64,000 nucleotides of DNA, taken from the NCBI GenBank assembly GCA_964016885.1, contig OZ024740.1, forward strand, positions 120,280,001 to 120,344,000, read 5' to 3'. A program made the position numbers and the translations under genes. The first letter of the stretch is position 1. The number at the start of each line of letters is the position of its first letter. This DNA comes from Eledone cirrhosa (taxonomy: Eukaryota). The notes below the pieces were generated by a model, which was not told the DNA's origin, did not search any database, and saw nothing but the letters and a program-made list of their open reading frames with translations. Positions 34,773-47,696 of the stretch are shown in pieces.

Positions 34773-37017
34773 TGCAAGAGTGTTCAGGATTGCAAGACAA
34801 TGTGTCATGGAAGACCGTGATATTGTCGGGGAGAAGTGCGTCCGTAATGATGATGGTGTACTTGCCCTCACTGATACTGATAAGAAGGTGGCTTGGAAGC
34901 GTCACTACGAGAGACTACTAAATGAGGAGAATAAATGGGAAAAAGATAGTCTTCCCTAAATCGATCTAATAGAGGGATCAGCGGTGAAAGTTAAAGGTAG
35001 TAAAATAAGTATGGAAATCAAAGATATGAAGACAGGCAAGGCAGCTGGGCCTTCGGAGATAGTTGCTGAGATGTTGAAAGCACTGGAATGGTGGGACATA
35101 CTATGGTCACTCGGATAGTAAACTAAGTAATACAGAATGAGGTCATACCAAATGATGGCGTAGCAGCATCATCATTAACTGCTACAAGTGTAAAGGAGAC
35201 ACTTTAGATAGGGGAAACTATAGAGGCATTAAGTTAGTTCACCAGGTAATGAAGGTCACAGAAAAAGTTATAGCACAACTAATAAGAGAGCGAATTGATC
35301 TAGATGAAATGCAGTTTGGGTTTGTGTCAGGTAAAAGTACCACAGACGCTCTTCTCTTTGTACGACAATTACAGAAGTACCTAGCTAAAAGAAAAAACCC
35401 TCTACTTAGCTTTTGCTGACTTGGAGAAAGCCTTTGACAGAGTACCCCGCTCGATTATCTGGTGGGCCCTTAGAAAACTAGGTGTAGATGAATGGCTTGT
35501 GAGAGCTATACAAGCCATGTATAAAGAAACAGTCAGCAATGTTAGAATTAACAATTAATATAGTGAAGAATTTAGCGTAACAGTCGGTGTTCATCAAGGC
35601 TCTGTCCTTAGCCTCCTCCTATTTATCATTGCCCTTCAGGCTATAACAGAGGAGTTCAAGACCGGCTGCCCATGGGAACTTCTATACGCAGATGATCTAA
35701 CTATCATAGCTGAATCGATGGCTGAACTAGAGAAGACATTCCAAACATGGAAGCATGGCTTAGACTCAAAAGGACTTAAAGTTAACTTGTCTAAGACTAA
35801 AGTTCTAGTATGTAGAAAGGAAAATAGGGCACAGGTGCCCTCTGGGAAATGGCCATGCTCAGTGTGTAGGAAAGGAGTAGGCAGAAATTCAATTTTATAT
35901 CCCAAATGCATACTATGGGTACATAAATGATGTAGTGGCATCACAGGTAATCTATCTAAGAACGTAGATTTTATATGTGGCCGATGCTCAGGTGCAATAA
36001 GTAGCAAGTGCCCACAGGATACTAGCTCCTTCTATTGCCCAGATAGTTCTATAGAAATAGTGGACACTTTCCGTTACCTGGGTGACAAAATCAGGGTGCT
36101 CTGAAAGTACAGTAGCCTGAGTCAGAACGGGATGGATAAAGTTCAGAGAGCTTATACCACTATTGGCCACTAAAGGTTTCTCTCTAAAAATGAAAGATTG
36201 TATGATGCTTGCATACGAACAGCAATGTTACATGGGAGTGAAACATGGGCATTGTGTGCAGAGGACCTGTGCAGACTGGAGAGGAATGAAGCATGCGTTC
36301 TCTGTTGGATGTGTAATAGTAATATACGCGAACGGCAAAGCATAAATGAACTAAATGAGAAATTAGGAATAAGAGGGATCGGATGCTGTTTATTCGAGAG
36401 AAGACTACATTGGTATGGTCACGTGATGCGCATGAAAGACGACATCTGTATAAAAAAGTGCAGGGCGATCAAAATTGATGGAAGTTATGGAGTAAAAAGC
36501 CTGGGACGATTTGATAAATTCTGACCTTACGCACACCTCTCTAAGACAATGTCACTGGACTGAGATCTTTGGCACCACGTAGTAATACAGAAGACCCGCC
36601 TTGCCTATGTAGAAAGCAAAACCTACAGTCAGTAGGCACCTCTTAACCAAATATACACCCCATCCCACTACCCCTACTCTACCCTCCCACTCCCAGCAAC
36701 ACCACCCTTTCTCTGTAAAGTTATGTTGGTACCACAACATCCAGTCTAAAATAAATGGTCTTGTAGGTGACACGACAAAAAAAAACACACAGTCCATGCT
36801 GCAATGTGGCTGTGTAGGTAACACGGTAAAAACCTCCCAGTCCACACTGTAAATGTGGTTGGTTTTAGGAAGGGTATCAACCCATAGAAAACCTGCCAGA
36901 CAGTCCTATACGAGTGAGACATGGTCACCCGACCAATCTTGCCTCAAGTGTGACAATTCCCGTCGAAACCCATGCTAGCGTGGACGATAGACGTTAAACG
37001 ATGATGATGATGATGAT
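34773..37017 (+). mobile_element. Decayed 5'-truncated RTE, subfamily B-like
   Basis: Colinear with 11720-13936 but with multiple stops and frameshifts; (GAT)n tail. Confidence 0.93.
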
Positions 37018-37153
37018 AATGATCTATATACTAAAACTCTGTGATTGTGTGCTTGTCTGTAATTTAAAACACCCAAAATAGCACATAATCGGAAAATGCT
37101 TTGAAAGGAATTTGCCCCTGAAATGGTAATACAAATGGAATAAAATAAGTTAA

Positions 37154-37373
37154 CCCTTTAGCATTCACATTACTCTATATATACTATTATATTTTCATGG
37201 TAAAGGCTTTACCTTGCATAATTATGTCACATAATATCGAATCTATGAGATTTTGAAAGTATTTATTTTGAGAACAATACCTTAACATCAGTTTGAGTGA
37301 CCAATTACAGCTAGTTTCAACAGAAAAATTTCAAGAATTCTGGCTGGTTTTGGTCTGTTTGAACATTAAAGGC
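37154..37373. mobile_element. piggyBac-type MITE
   Basis: TTAA-ccctttagcattca ... tgaacattaaaggc-TTAA: imperfect TIRs with a TTAA target duplication. Confidence 0.65.
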
Positions 37374-37811
37374 TTAATCAGAGCATGGGTTCCCGAGATA
37401 TGGGGTTTTTCCAAGTACCTTCACAAATAGCCAACAGTTCCATGCTAACCAATCAGATCGCTAGTGCACTTACCATTGTGTTTCATTTCCAAAAAGCCTT
37501 AGTGCAGTCAAGTTAAAGACATGTATATATATTGTAAAACTAAATTGGAAAGCCCATGGAGGACAAGACATAGAATAAGTATATATATATATATATATAT
37601 ACATATATAGTCATCATCATCAAACAACTAGACTACCCATGACCCATTGGGTCACAGGGGGTCTAATATATATATATATATGTAGAAGTTATATTTAATT
37701 TGTTGTGATACAACAAGCAAATATTTTTATGGGAGCTTCCAACCGACATGGTCGCATTCTTTAAGGTTATGTCAATATTTGTTTATAAAACTGATCTATA
37801 TTATATTTTAT

Positions 37812-37858
37812 CTGATGAAAGTGCACCATAATTTGCTTTGGTGTCCTTGAAATATGTA
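37812..37858 (+). ncRNA. Hammerhead ribozyme-like motif (Penelope type)
   Basis: CTGATGA-aagtgcacca-taatttgctt-tggtgtcctt-GAAA-tat-GTA, with AATAAA a few nt downstream. Core and 10-bp stem II are intact; stems I and III are weak. Confidence 0.5.
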
Positions 37859-37902
37859 TAATGAAATAAATATGGTTTTATAAATATAGTTTCCATTTGT
37901 TA

Positions 37903-37956
<54 letters not shown>

Positions 37957-37957
37957 T

Positions 37958-38150
37958 ATCATTGCTTTTACGTCTGCTGTTCTATGCATGGACAGTTCCT
38001 TTTCAGCAAAGCATCTCTCCACTTGCTGCATTCATTTGTCATCTCTACTGTGACTTCCTTCTACTAGGATTTCTTGGCACTTTCTGACCCACTAATCAAC
38101 ATCCATGCACATCTTAACATATACTTCCCTTCATCTAAACAACTTCTTAT
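37958..38150 (-). mobile_element. Old RTE subfamily C-like 3' fragment
   Basis: Minus strand has a WYGHV-like region, aagtgccaagaaatcc and an end at agcagacgtaaaa; resembles 17710-17945. Confidence 0.55.
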
Positions 38151-41073
38151 GTCGGTGTGTGTGTGTAAGTGTGTATGTGGGGGGTGAGGGGATACGTATA
38201 TACTATTAAATATAGAAATCAAAATTACATTGATAAATTTATCAGAATATAAAATTCTAATAGGTTCTGATATAATTTATCCAGTCCAGCTAGAAGGTTT
38301 TTAAGTGGTGGATCTTTAAGGGATCCTAAAGAAAATTACCATAAATGTTCAGTCTTGGAAACTAGGAAGTAAAAGTGTAGTCTAATATTAATGCTTTTCA
38401 GAAGCAAATAGAACCAATTTCCCTGCAGGTATAGCATAATGGAAGGTCATTAGGTTCTCTTTTAGTGGATGCTTTAACACATGTTCTTGACATTTACAAT
38501 GGAATCTATTCAATATAAGAATACTTACACTTCGCATATTTTAGCTTACAGCATCATAGTTTGCAGACATGTTAGTAGACCTGTATACATGTATACATAT
38601 ATGAACGCAACACATACATATAATACAGTTACCTCAGTTTAGATGACAAAATGGGAATAAAAAGAGTATTTGATGAAGCAAATATTTATGAAAAATAGTG
38701 AAAATGTGTGTTTAAAGGTGAGAAAGTAAGCAGAAAGTAAGAAGACAGACACCATATTTCTGAATAAATACCACTTGTATATAAAAGTACACTTTAAAAT
38801 AGGTGTTTGAGAAATGAGTAAAGTAAAACAAAAAAAATTAGATAAGTTAAATGAAACTGGAAAGAAGAAAAGAAAGCATATATTCAAACATTATTTTGCA
38901 TATTTGCAGAGAATATCGACCAAGAAGCTTAAAAATGACAGAACCCGCTGTAAAGATTGCCTTAAAGTATATCAAAATATTATTTTTAGACATAATTTTT
39001 CTAATACAAGTGGATTTTTTTTTTTTTATTCAACTAATTCAATTTCAAAAATGTTTTGTTTCCCCCTTTTAACATTTAATTAAAATTGTTTGGTCTGTAT
39101 ATGCATACACAAAAGAAATGTACAGAAGATAACAGCCTTGAGATCTTGCAAAACCACCTGTAACTGTATGTGAGAGAGTTGATTGAATGTGAAATTAGCA
39201 AACTAAGATTCAAAATAACACATTATATCTCCAGCCTTGTACTCAATATGGATGGTGTTAGAAAGGACATCCAATTAAAAAGAAAAACTATGAGAAAATA
39301 GAATGCTTGAGTGAAATGTCATCTATCTTGGTAAAGAGGGCAGCTACACCAAACAAAGACTATCTCAGACAGTGACAACCTGTAACTTATCATTTCCATT
39401 CTAGCATGGAAAGAAGACATGAAATGAGGATGATAAAGCAATAACTAAATACATGTATGTGTGTGTGTGTCTGTATCTATATGTAATCATCGTCATTTAA
39501 CATCTGGTTTCCTTGCTACCAAGGCCTGTATGGATTGTCACAGACCAAATAAGTATTTGATCTGGGGACTGCATCTTGCTTACATATATTCCTGTTCTTC
39601 ACAGAGTATGGTTTGTGTATTTTATTGTAGCCCCAGCACTAGAAAGTTAGTCATATCTTTTAGTACCTTTGTTTGTATGTTTTATGTCTGGATACACTTC
39701 CTATCCCCAGTCACTTTACAGAGAATATTGGGTACATTTTGTCATGACACGACACTACAGAGGTCGTTCTGTGCTTCACACAACTAAAGAGTGCTCTTGT
39801 ATGTGTGTGAAAGAGAAAGGTTGGTGTGTGTATGCGTTTCTGTTTGTGTGTGTATAAAAGTTGGCAACCAGTAGCTCAGTCTGATAAATAGGTAGCATGA
39901 GGAGGAGAAATTCCTTATGACATGTCTAGAAGCAATTTAATAACCAACTAATATCTAGAAGATATATTATATGAATTTACAATATTTTATAATTTCACAA
40001 TGGAATAATATAAAATCTAAAGTGGAGAGTTGGCAGTGTCACTATAACATGCTGAAACAATGCTTTCTAGTGTATATTCTAACTGTCTGTGCACTGAGTT
40101 CAAAATCCCATTCATGTCAACTGTGCCTTTTATCCTTTCAACGTTGATAAATAATACTAGTCCAAGACTAGGGTTAATTCCAACACTTTAATTCTCTCAC
40201 TCTCTCAAACATACATATAAGTATGTATATCATTATAATGATCAGCATCTTAGGTCGATATAAATGCTATTTTGTTTTAAAAATAGGCGCACAGTATTCA
40301 AACATTGTCAAGAGAAGTGAGTAAATGGGTTGGCATCAGGAAGGGCATCTGGCTGTAAAACATTAGTTTAAATGCCATGTTCAAACCATGTCAGCATAGA
40401 AAAACAAACATAAAAACAATGTTAATGATGATATGTGAGCATATACTTATCAGCATTTTATGTCTGCTTTCTTCACTGGTGTGAGTTTGACATGTTGACA
40501 TGGTCTGACAATAAACAGATCAGAGAGACCCATATTTCTCATACATTCTATAATTGCTATGGTTTCTATAGCTGAATGCCAACAACCTTACAGAGTGCAC
40601 TGGATGTGTTTTTTCATGACACCACCACTATGATGTACAGTGTGTACTGGGAATATTTTTATGGCACCAGCACTAGAGAAGTCTTGACATGCTCAGCCAG
40701 ACTGAAGGGTTCTCTTAAACTCTAAATTGTCTCTATTCAATTGTTAGTGCTGTAGCCTAATACCACGCACTACAATTACTTTTTAGGAATAGTAATATAT
40801 GTATGCAATGTAATCATTTCCATCTTAATTTAACATCCTTTTTTCCGTGTTGGCAATGATTGAACATATACATTTTAATATAAGTGGGTTACTAAGTCTG
40901 CAAGGAATTACTATGATGAGTAATATAATAATATTTGGAAATTTAGATAAACCCTTCAGTACTTAAAATGGTAAAAAAGGAAAACAATTAAAAAGTAGTG
41001 GGAAACCAATTAGAAAATGTTGGAGCAACATAATATTTTTTTTTACTAATAATAGACAGGATATGAGGGTACA

Positions 41074-41449
41074 ATCATCATCATCATCATCATCAACGTT
41101 TAACGTCCGTGTTCCACGCTTGCATGGGTTTGGACGGGGGTAGTCCCACTTGAGGCAAGAGTGATTGTCTTGCTCGCATAGGACTGTCTGGCAGGTTTTC
41201 TACAGTTGGATGCCCTTCCTAACACCAACCACATTTACAGTGTGGGTCTGGGAGGTTTTTACCGTGTTGCCTACACGGCCACATTACAGCGTGGACTGTG
41301 TGTTTTTTTGTCGTGACACCTACACGATCTCATTTGTTTCGGCCTGGATGGCGCGGCACCAACATAACTTTACATAGAACGGGGTGGTGTGGATCGGGTG
41401 GGGGTGGTGGGACGGGGTGTATTTGTTAGAGATGCCTACTGGCTGGAGT
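41074..41449 (-). mobile_element. RTE subfamily B 3' UTR, young copy
   Basis: Near-identical reverse complement of 13575-13936, with an (ATC)n tail. Confidence 0.95.
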
Positions 41450-41923
41450 ATAATATAAATAAACAGTATGGCAACTAAATGAATGAATAGAAAAAATATT
41501 AAAGTGAAAAATGTAAGCCTTAGACAAAGGTGTTTCTTGATAATAAAGGAATTGAGAGGAGACGTTAATTAGAATAAAAGAAAGAGACAAGCAAGTTAGA
41601 AATAAATGAATAGTTTTGTTATGTTAAGAATAAATTAAACCAGAGTAAAACTAACAATATCAGTGAATGAAGAGAAGATAATTTTGAAGAGGAAAAGTGA
41701 TTAAAGTTATGAACTTGCACATTTTGTTTTTACTAGGTCTAGAGGAAATGACTGTGACCATGGCCATTGCAGGCCCTCAGAGACTAGTGTTACAGATGAT
41801 GTTCATGTTCATTTAAATTGTTGCAGGTCAACTCTTGGAGGGAATGAAATCCAGAAGGGGATTCTTGGAAAGAATGGTTGGATTTAGTAATTAGTGCAAG
41901 GCCTGGGATTCGGATATATTTCT

Positions 41924-41979
41924 CCTTCTCTCATTACTTATATCATGTCCAAATTTCAAATATATGTAATGAGAGAAGG
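41924..41979. repeat. 56-nt hairpin
   Basis: ccttctctcattacttatat pairs with atatatgtaatgagagaagg (19/20 bp), 16-nt loop. Confidence 0.7.
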
Positions 41980-43233
41980 CAAAATAAATGGGATGGAATT
42001 ACTTAAGTAGCTGTGGCAAGGGGCCTACCAGCTTCAAGGAGCAAAATCTATTGTGGTAGTGGTAAGAAAGTTACTAATAGTAAATGTGATGAAATTGGAA
42101 AATTGGAAAATTAAAACTTGGAAAAGCAGCTATTTAGAAAATGAAATCTCGCCTGAAGAATAACTACTTAAATATGTGAAGTGAGACGTACATAAATATA
42201 TATATATAATGAGACGTACATATATTTATTGTTAAATTAACCTGTTTCTTTCAGTTTAGCAGATAAATAATATCACTTGAATTAATGGGAGTAACTTCTA
42301 TATAAACTCTTAGTCTACTAGTAGTAGCAGTAAGATATTCAAATTAAACCTAACCAACTTAAAAGAAGAATGGGCACATTTAATATTATAGATTTGGATA
42401 AAGTTTGTCTGAAATGAGATGGACTGGTCAGATTTGCAGCAACTTTAATCACATGTCTGTTTAATCAGGTTTATCTGCATCTCAAAGGCAACAATATATT
42501 TCTTTTCTTCTGAATCATCATCATCATTTAACGTCCATTTTCCCTGATAGTAAGGGTTGAATGGGTCATCACAGACCAATACTGTGCATAATTGATGCCA
42601 CAGGTCTCTCAGATTGGTCAGGACACATCTTCTGTGATATGCATTAAGGACACAACTCATTGCGCAGCTCAGGAATCAAACTCAAACCTCATGATTAAGA
42701 ATCCAACTCCCTAACCACTAACCCATGCATCTTGAGCAAGATGCCTTATTTTACATTTTCCTTCTGCCAGGAGTTGTGACTGGTAGATAGTATTAGCAAT
42801 TAGAAAGACAAATGGAAACCTTGTTTCCTTGGCCCAACCTGGTGAGTTCCACCTCATTCAGTAAGCGATCTTGTTTATTTCAATCATAAGTATCATAAAA
42901 AAAGAAATCTTAATTTTAGAACAACATATTAGATCTATATGATTTATACTAGTCCCCAATAATGAAGTAAAATTTACAGTTATTTCTGATTTTCCTAAAT
43001 AGAAAGCAATATGATAAAGTAAAGTAAGTTGTTTTATACTTTTTATACTCACATACACAAAGACATTTGAATTAAACATGAATTTTTACACTCTAAAAAC
43101 CATATCTTTTTACAGAATCAATGCTTTGAACCTGTTAGGCTGGTATTACAGTTAATCACAAACATCTGTTTTCTGCTATTATCTACACTACTTGCTGCAT
43201 GAATTAGCATGAATTACTTTCTATCATTATCTT

Positions 43234-43411
43234 GATTGGCAGTATCGGTAGAGGGTCGGACGCCATGCTTTCCAGCATAGTTACGTCCCTTTATGATCTG
43301 AGTTCAAATCCCGCCGAGGTTGAATTTGCCTTTCATTCTTACGGGGTCGATAAAATAAAGTACCAGTAATGCACTGGTTAATTTGCTGGCCTTGTGCCTA
43401 AAGTACAAACA
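43234..43411 (+). mobile_element. SINE family 2
   Basis: Same head and core as 28539; flanked by the direct repeat attatctt (43226-43233 and 43412-43419). Confidence 0.88.
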
Positions 43412-43963
43412 ATTATCTTAGTCTGAGTTCTTTGGGAAAGTATGGCTATAATTTTTGACAAGTTCATACATATATAATCTTTTTTATTTCAGATGTAATT
43501 AATGAATACCATTTTGTTTCAGTGATTTTCATGCCGATGTTGAAGACCACGTAGCAGAGTGTCAAGGTTGAGAGGATAAGTAAATTGTATTTAATACAAA
43601 CTATATTAAACTTTTATTGCTATGAAATAACAGAGTTTTATAACTACCTGACAAAAATCTGTATTGAATCTTCAAAATACTCATGTAACATTTCATTTCA
43701 CTAGCATCTCCTCTGGTTTCTTCAAAACACCCACATTTTTACTGTATATATTGACCTGCAGATATTCTGGAGGAATATTGCCAACATCAGTATCAAAAGA
43801 CTAGGTGGGCCTATAAACACCATGGGTAGCACCATGTTCCTTTTTAGCAAATCATTTTTAACAAAGCAGCACTGAGAAATTGTATCTCACCTGATAACAT
43901 ATGGGGTACTAGTTTCAATTTGTAACTGTCAATCTGCCAATCATTCTGGATAATTAAAATAAT

Positions 43964-44150
43964 TGTTTCTACTTTTGGCACAAAGCCAGCAAATACCCAG
44001 TGTATTACTGGTACTTTATTTTATTGACCCGGTAAGGATGAAAGGCAAAGCTAACCTCGGCGGGATTTGAACTCAGAATGGCAAGGCCCGTAACTCTATG
44101 CGTCAAAGCATGGCGTCCGACCCTCTACCGATACTGCCAATCCACCGCCT
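43964..44150 (-). mobile_element. SINE family 2, full-length with 17-bp TSD
   Basis: TSD tggataattaaaataat at 43947-43963 and 44151-44167. Confidence 0.92.
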
Positions 44151-44218
44151 TGGATAATTAAAATAATATCTAACGGTTTGTATCCCAAATGTCTCATTTG
44201 TTTATTTATATCCACATA

Positions 44219-44562
44219 TGGAGTCACATCGCTTAGTGGTTAGAGCATTGGCCTTGCATTCGAAAGGTTGTGAGTTCAATTCTCAGACCAGGTGATGTGT
44301 TGTTTCCTTGAGCAAGACACTTTATTTCACATTGCTCCAGTTTACTCAGCTGTAGAAATGAGATGATAGGAACTGGGGTCCATATCATTCCACTGCAAAG
44401 TGGTCGTGCAGGTGCCACGGTAAAAAAAAGCACCCAGCACTCACTGTAGATGAGGTTGGTGTTAGGAAGGGCATCCAGCTGTAGAAATCAAGCCAGAATC
44501 AGTTCCCGTCCCACCCTTGCAAGCAGGGAAAAAGCGGACGTAAAATGAAATGATGATATGAT
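44219..44562 (+). mobile_element. SINE family 1
   Basis: Near-identical to 34191-34528. Confidence 0.92.
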
Positions 44563-45019
44563 ATTGTCCTAAACTAGCAATTTTAAAGACAACTTATATA
44601 CTTTAGCAAATGATATAAATTAATTTATCTTACTAATAAACCAAGAAAAAACTTTTTTTTAATAATCTTTAAATAATTGCTTATGTTTTGTTCAAGTGTA
44701 ATGTATTTTTATTGTAAACAATGAACTATTTGTAGAAACGCTGAGCCGATATGTATTTAGAAGCTTCAATGAGTTAGAAGCTTCAATGTAGGTATATTTT
44801 ACAATGAAAAACTAATCTTACAAATTGAGCATAATTGTTCCTGGAGGGAAAAATGTTGACAGCATTCCATGGGAGGTGCTGTTAACGGTAGGTTAATTTT
44901 TATAAATATTTTTTTAATTTTCTTTCAAGGAAAACAAAAGCCCAGAGTTCATGATGCACTCTTGGATGAGACTTCAGACTGTTACAAGATTATCTCCTGG
45001 CTTCTGACATTTAGAAGCT

Positions 45020-45270
45020 TCCATGTCATGAGTTACATGAGGGGATCACAGTGCTCCAATGACCATGGTTATTTGCATTTATCAGTAAATTGTTCTAATT
45101 TTGTTGATGGGTTTCAGGTCTCTCTCGATTGTCTGCTGCTAGCTCATCTTTCGACGCACTCTTTGCTTCTTTCCATGGTGGTAACAATACAGGACCTGAT
45201 TAGGATATCTCTCCCTTGTGAGTTATGTAGCATGTCCCAACCAGCCAGTTGGCACTTGTACATGATATTA
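45020..45270 (-). mobile_element. Ancient RTE-like C-terminal fragment
   Basis: Minus strand ..GWDML..ERYPNQVLYCYHHGKKQRVRRKMS*QQTIERDLKP resembles RTE RWLGH..R.PK.VL....GKR.RGRPK.TW...I..DL. Confidence 0.45.
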
Positions 45271-46877
45271 GACACATCTTTGTATTCATGTTTCCAGCTA
45301 AATTAACTGGAACAGCATAAAAAAAGTGTCATGTTCAAGAACATTACACTCTGCCTAGACAGGGAATCAACTCCCAATCATATGATTATAAGTCCAACAC
45401 ATTAAACATTGAGTTAGGTGCCATCTTGCACACCTAGAAGTAATAAATGAATATAATGTATAGGAATTAAGATTGAACCTACTGCAAGTGTTTTAGAGAA
45501 CACGTACCAAAAACTAATCACTCCATCATGCATTATTATGTTTATACACTGTGAGGAAATGCAATGAAAGTTTTCCATGGTATAACATTTCTCATGTTCC
45601 TTAATTACAGTGAAATCATACACTTCATCTCTGTTTCTATTGCTTCAGGTTTGTCACGTTCCAAATTATTACAATTTAGTCATATTCAGCTACAATGTCG
45701 CTTCTATGTTTGCCTAATAGACATCTTGTTGATACTATGATAATCAAGATACCAATTCCTATTGATATATTTCCTGACTAAAATGAATCAGTCAAACTAA
45801 AGGCTCCTGTAATGATCAGGTTTGTATTTCTGAAAATCTATCCTAAAACCAACATTTATAATGTAGACAGTCAGTCCAAATTGTCAATTGCATATAGTAG
45901 ACTGACCAAAAGTTTAAACGCAATCTCTATCAATTCAGTAATGAGAGATATGTATACACAAATATAATGCCAACAAAAAGTAATTCTTTGTAAACTTGGT
46001 TTCCTTTTAAAGAATCAAATACTCTCGGAATTATGTAATATTACTAACAACAGATAAACACTTGATATTATAACCATGTCCTTTTGTATGCTTAGAAGGT
46101 TTGATATCATATTTTTGATGAAAATTTGACATTTTAAGATAAGCTGAAGGAATATATCATGGTATATTATGAAAGAAATACTCATAACTTTTCTTGCTCT
46201 CATGAGTCATAAGATCAGTGTTTTATTTGATTTCATTTGTTCTTTTTATTGAGCATAATTTCTTTGTGACAAGTTAAATTATCACTCAGAAAAATAAATG
46301 TTTGAAGTAACAGAATAAAATATCATAATTATCATCATCATTGGAGGATGGGATGGGATTACTTATCAGAGTTACTACCATCCTTGATGGTTTGAGGGGC
46401 CACATCTTGCTTGTATATTATCATTTTAGGCATTGGTTCTATGGCTGGATGCCTTCCTAACATCAACCACATGGAGTTTACTGGAAGCAATTTATTGCAG
46501 TGCCAGCAAAAGAACAGTTCTCGTTCTCAACAAGATTAAAGAGCCATCCCCACCCTTTATTCTATCAGTTCGATTATGATGTACTTTATAGAGTGTACTT
46601 GGTGTATTTTATCATAATACCTGTAGATGAGAAATGATCTTGCATCTAGTCAGTAAAAAAGAACTTTTCCATTTTACAATGTCTTCATTTTTTCAAGACA
46701 AAAGTGCTAGACAATCGATGCTAAGTTTAAATTAGACAAGAAAGAAAATAGTCATATCCATTAATATACACAAACTTACATGGTTAATAAAAGAACTCTA
46801 ACATTTATTTTAGAAATATTTTCATAACCTAGCAATATATGAATAGAGATTGACTTCAGTTTTTTATAAACAATTAA

Positions 46878-47220
46878 TGCAGACATGGCAGTTTGGTTAA
46901 TGAGTTCACTACAAACCAGCAGTTTCTGGGTTCAACCCCTGTGCATCAACTTGGTCAAGTGTCTTCCACTATATCCTTCAGTTCGGCAATGTCTTAAGAT
47001 TGGAATTTCGTAGATGAAATTTGCAGAAGATTAGTGCGTGTGTGTGTGTGAAAATATATGTATGCCTGTGCATTTATTGCCTGCATCTTAGCAGCAAAAA
47101 GAGATTGATAAAATAAATATCAGGGCTAAAAAAAATAAATACTAGGGTCTATATGATCGATTAAATCAAGGTGATACACCAGCATAACCACAGTCAAATG
47201 ACTAAAGCCAGTAAAAGATT
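46878..47220 (+). mobile_element. Old SINE family 3
   Basis: gcagacatggcagtttggttaa head, gggttcaacccc B-box, ggtcaagtgtcttccactata, and tail ccagcataaccacagtcaaatgactaaagccagtaaaaga. Confidence 0.55.
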
Positions 47221-47613
47221 AAAATAATAAAGAATATATCAATTTTCAATATGCTTACTTTATGTAAAATGTTTGGTGTATTTTAAACGAATAAAACTAT
47301 TTTTCAATAAGTTAGAAGAAGAAAAATGACTACATGAAACAAAATTTCATTTTGTAACTGTTTAAAACTTTGATACAATTTCCTCCGGTTAATTTGCATT
47401 CTCAAGATTTCATTAAAGTATTTTATTCGTAGTTTACCTCGAGATATTTGGTAGACAAATATCATGAAATAAAACTAATGAGAAAAGATGGTTTTTGAAT
47501 ATATTCAAAAGTTTGTGCAGATGGAGAGTAAAAATATATGAAAATATATACATGACGACAATGATGATGATGATGATATAAATAGTAAATGTCTTAACCA
47601 CACAGTCATACCT

Positions 47614-47694
<81 letters not shown>

Positions 47695-47696
47695 AT

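Noticed and set aside
44869-45306. 145-aa plus-strand ORF
   Set aside because: No recognisable motif; it overlaps an ancient minus-strand RTE fragment.
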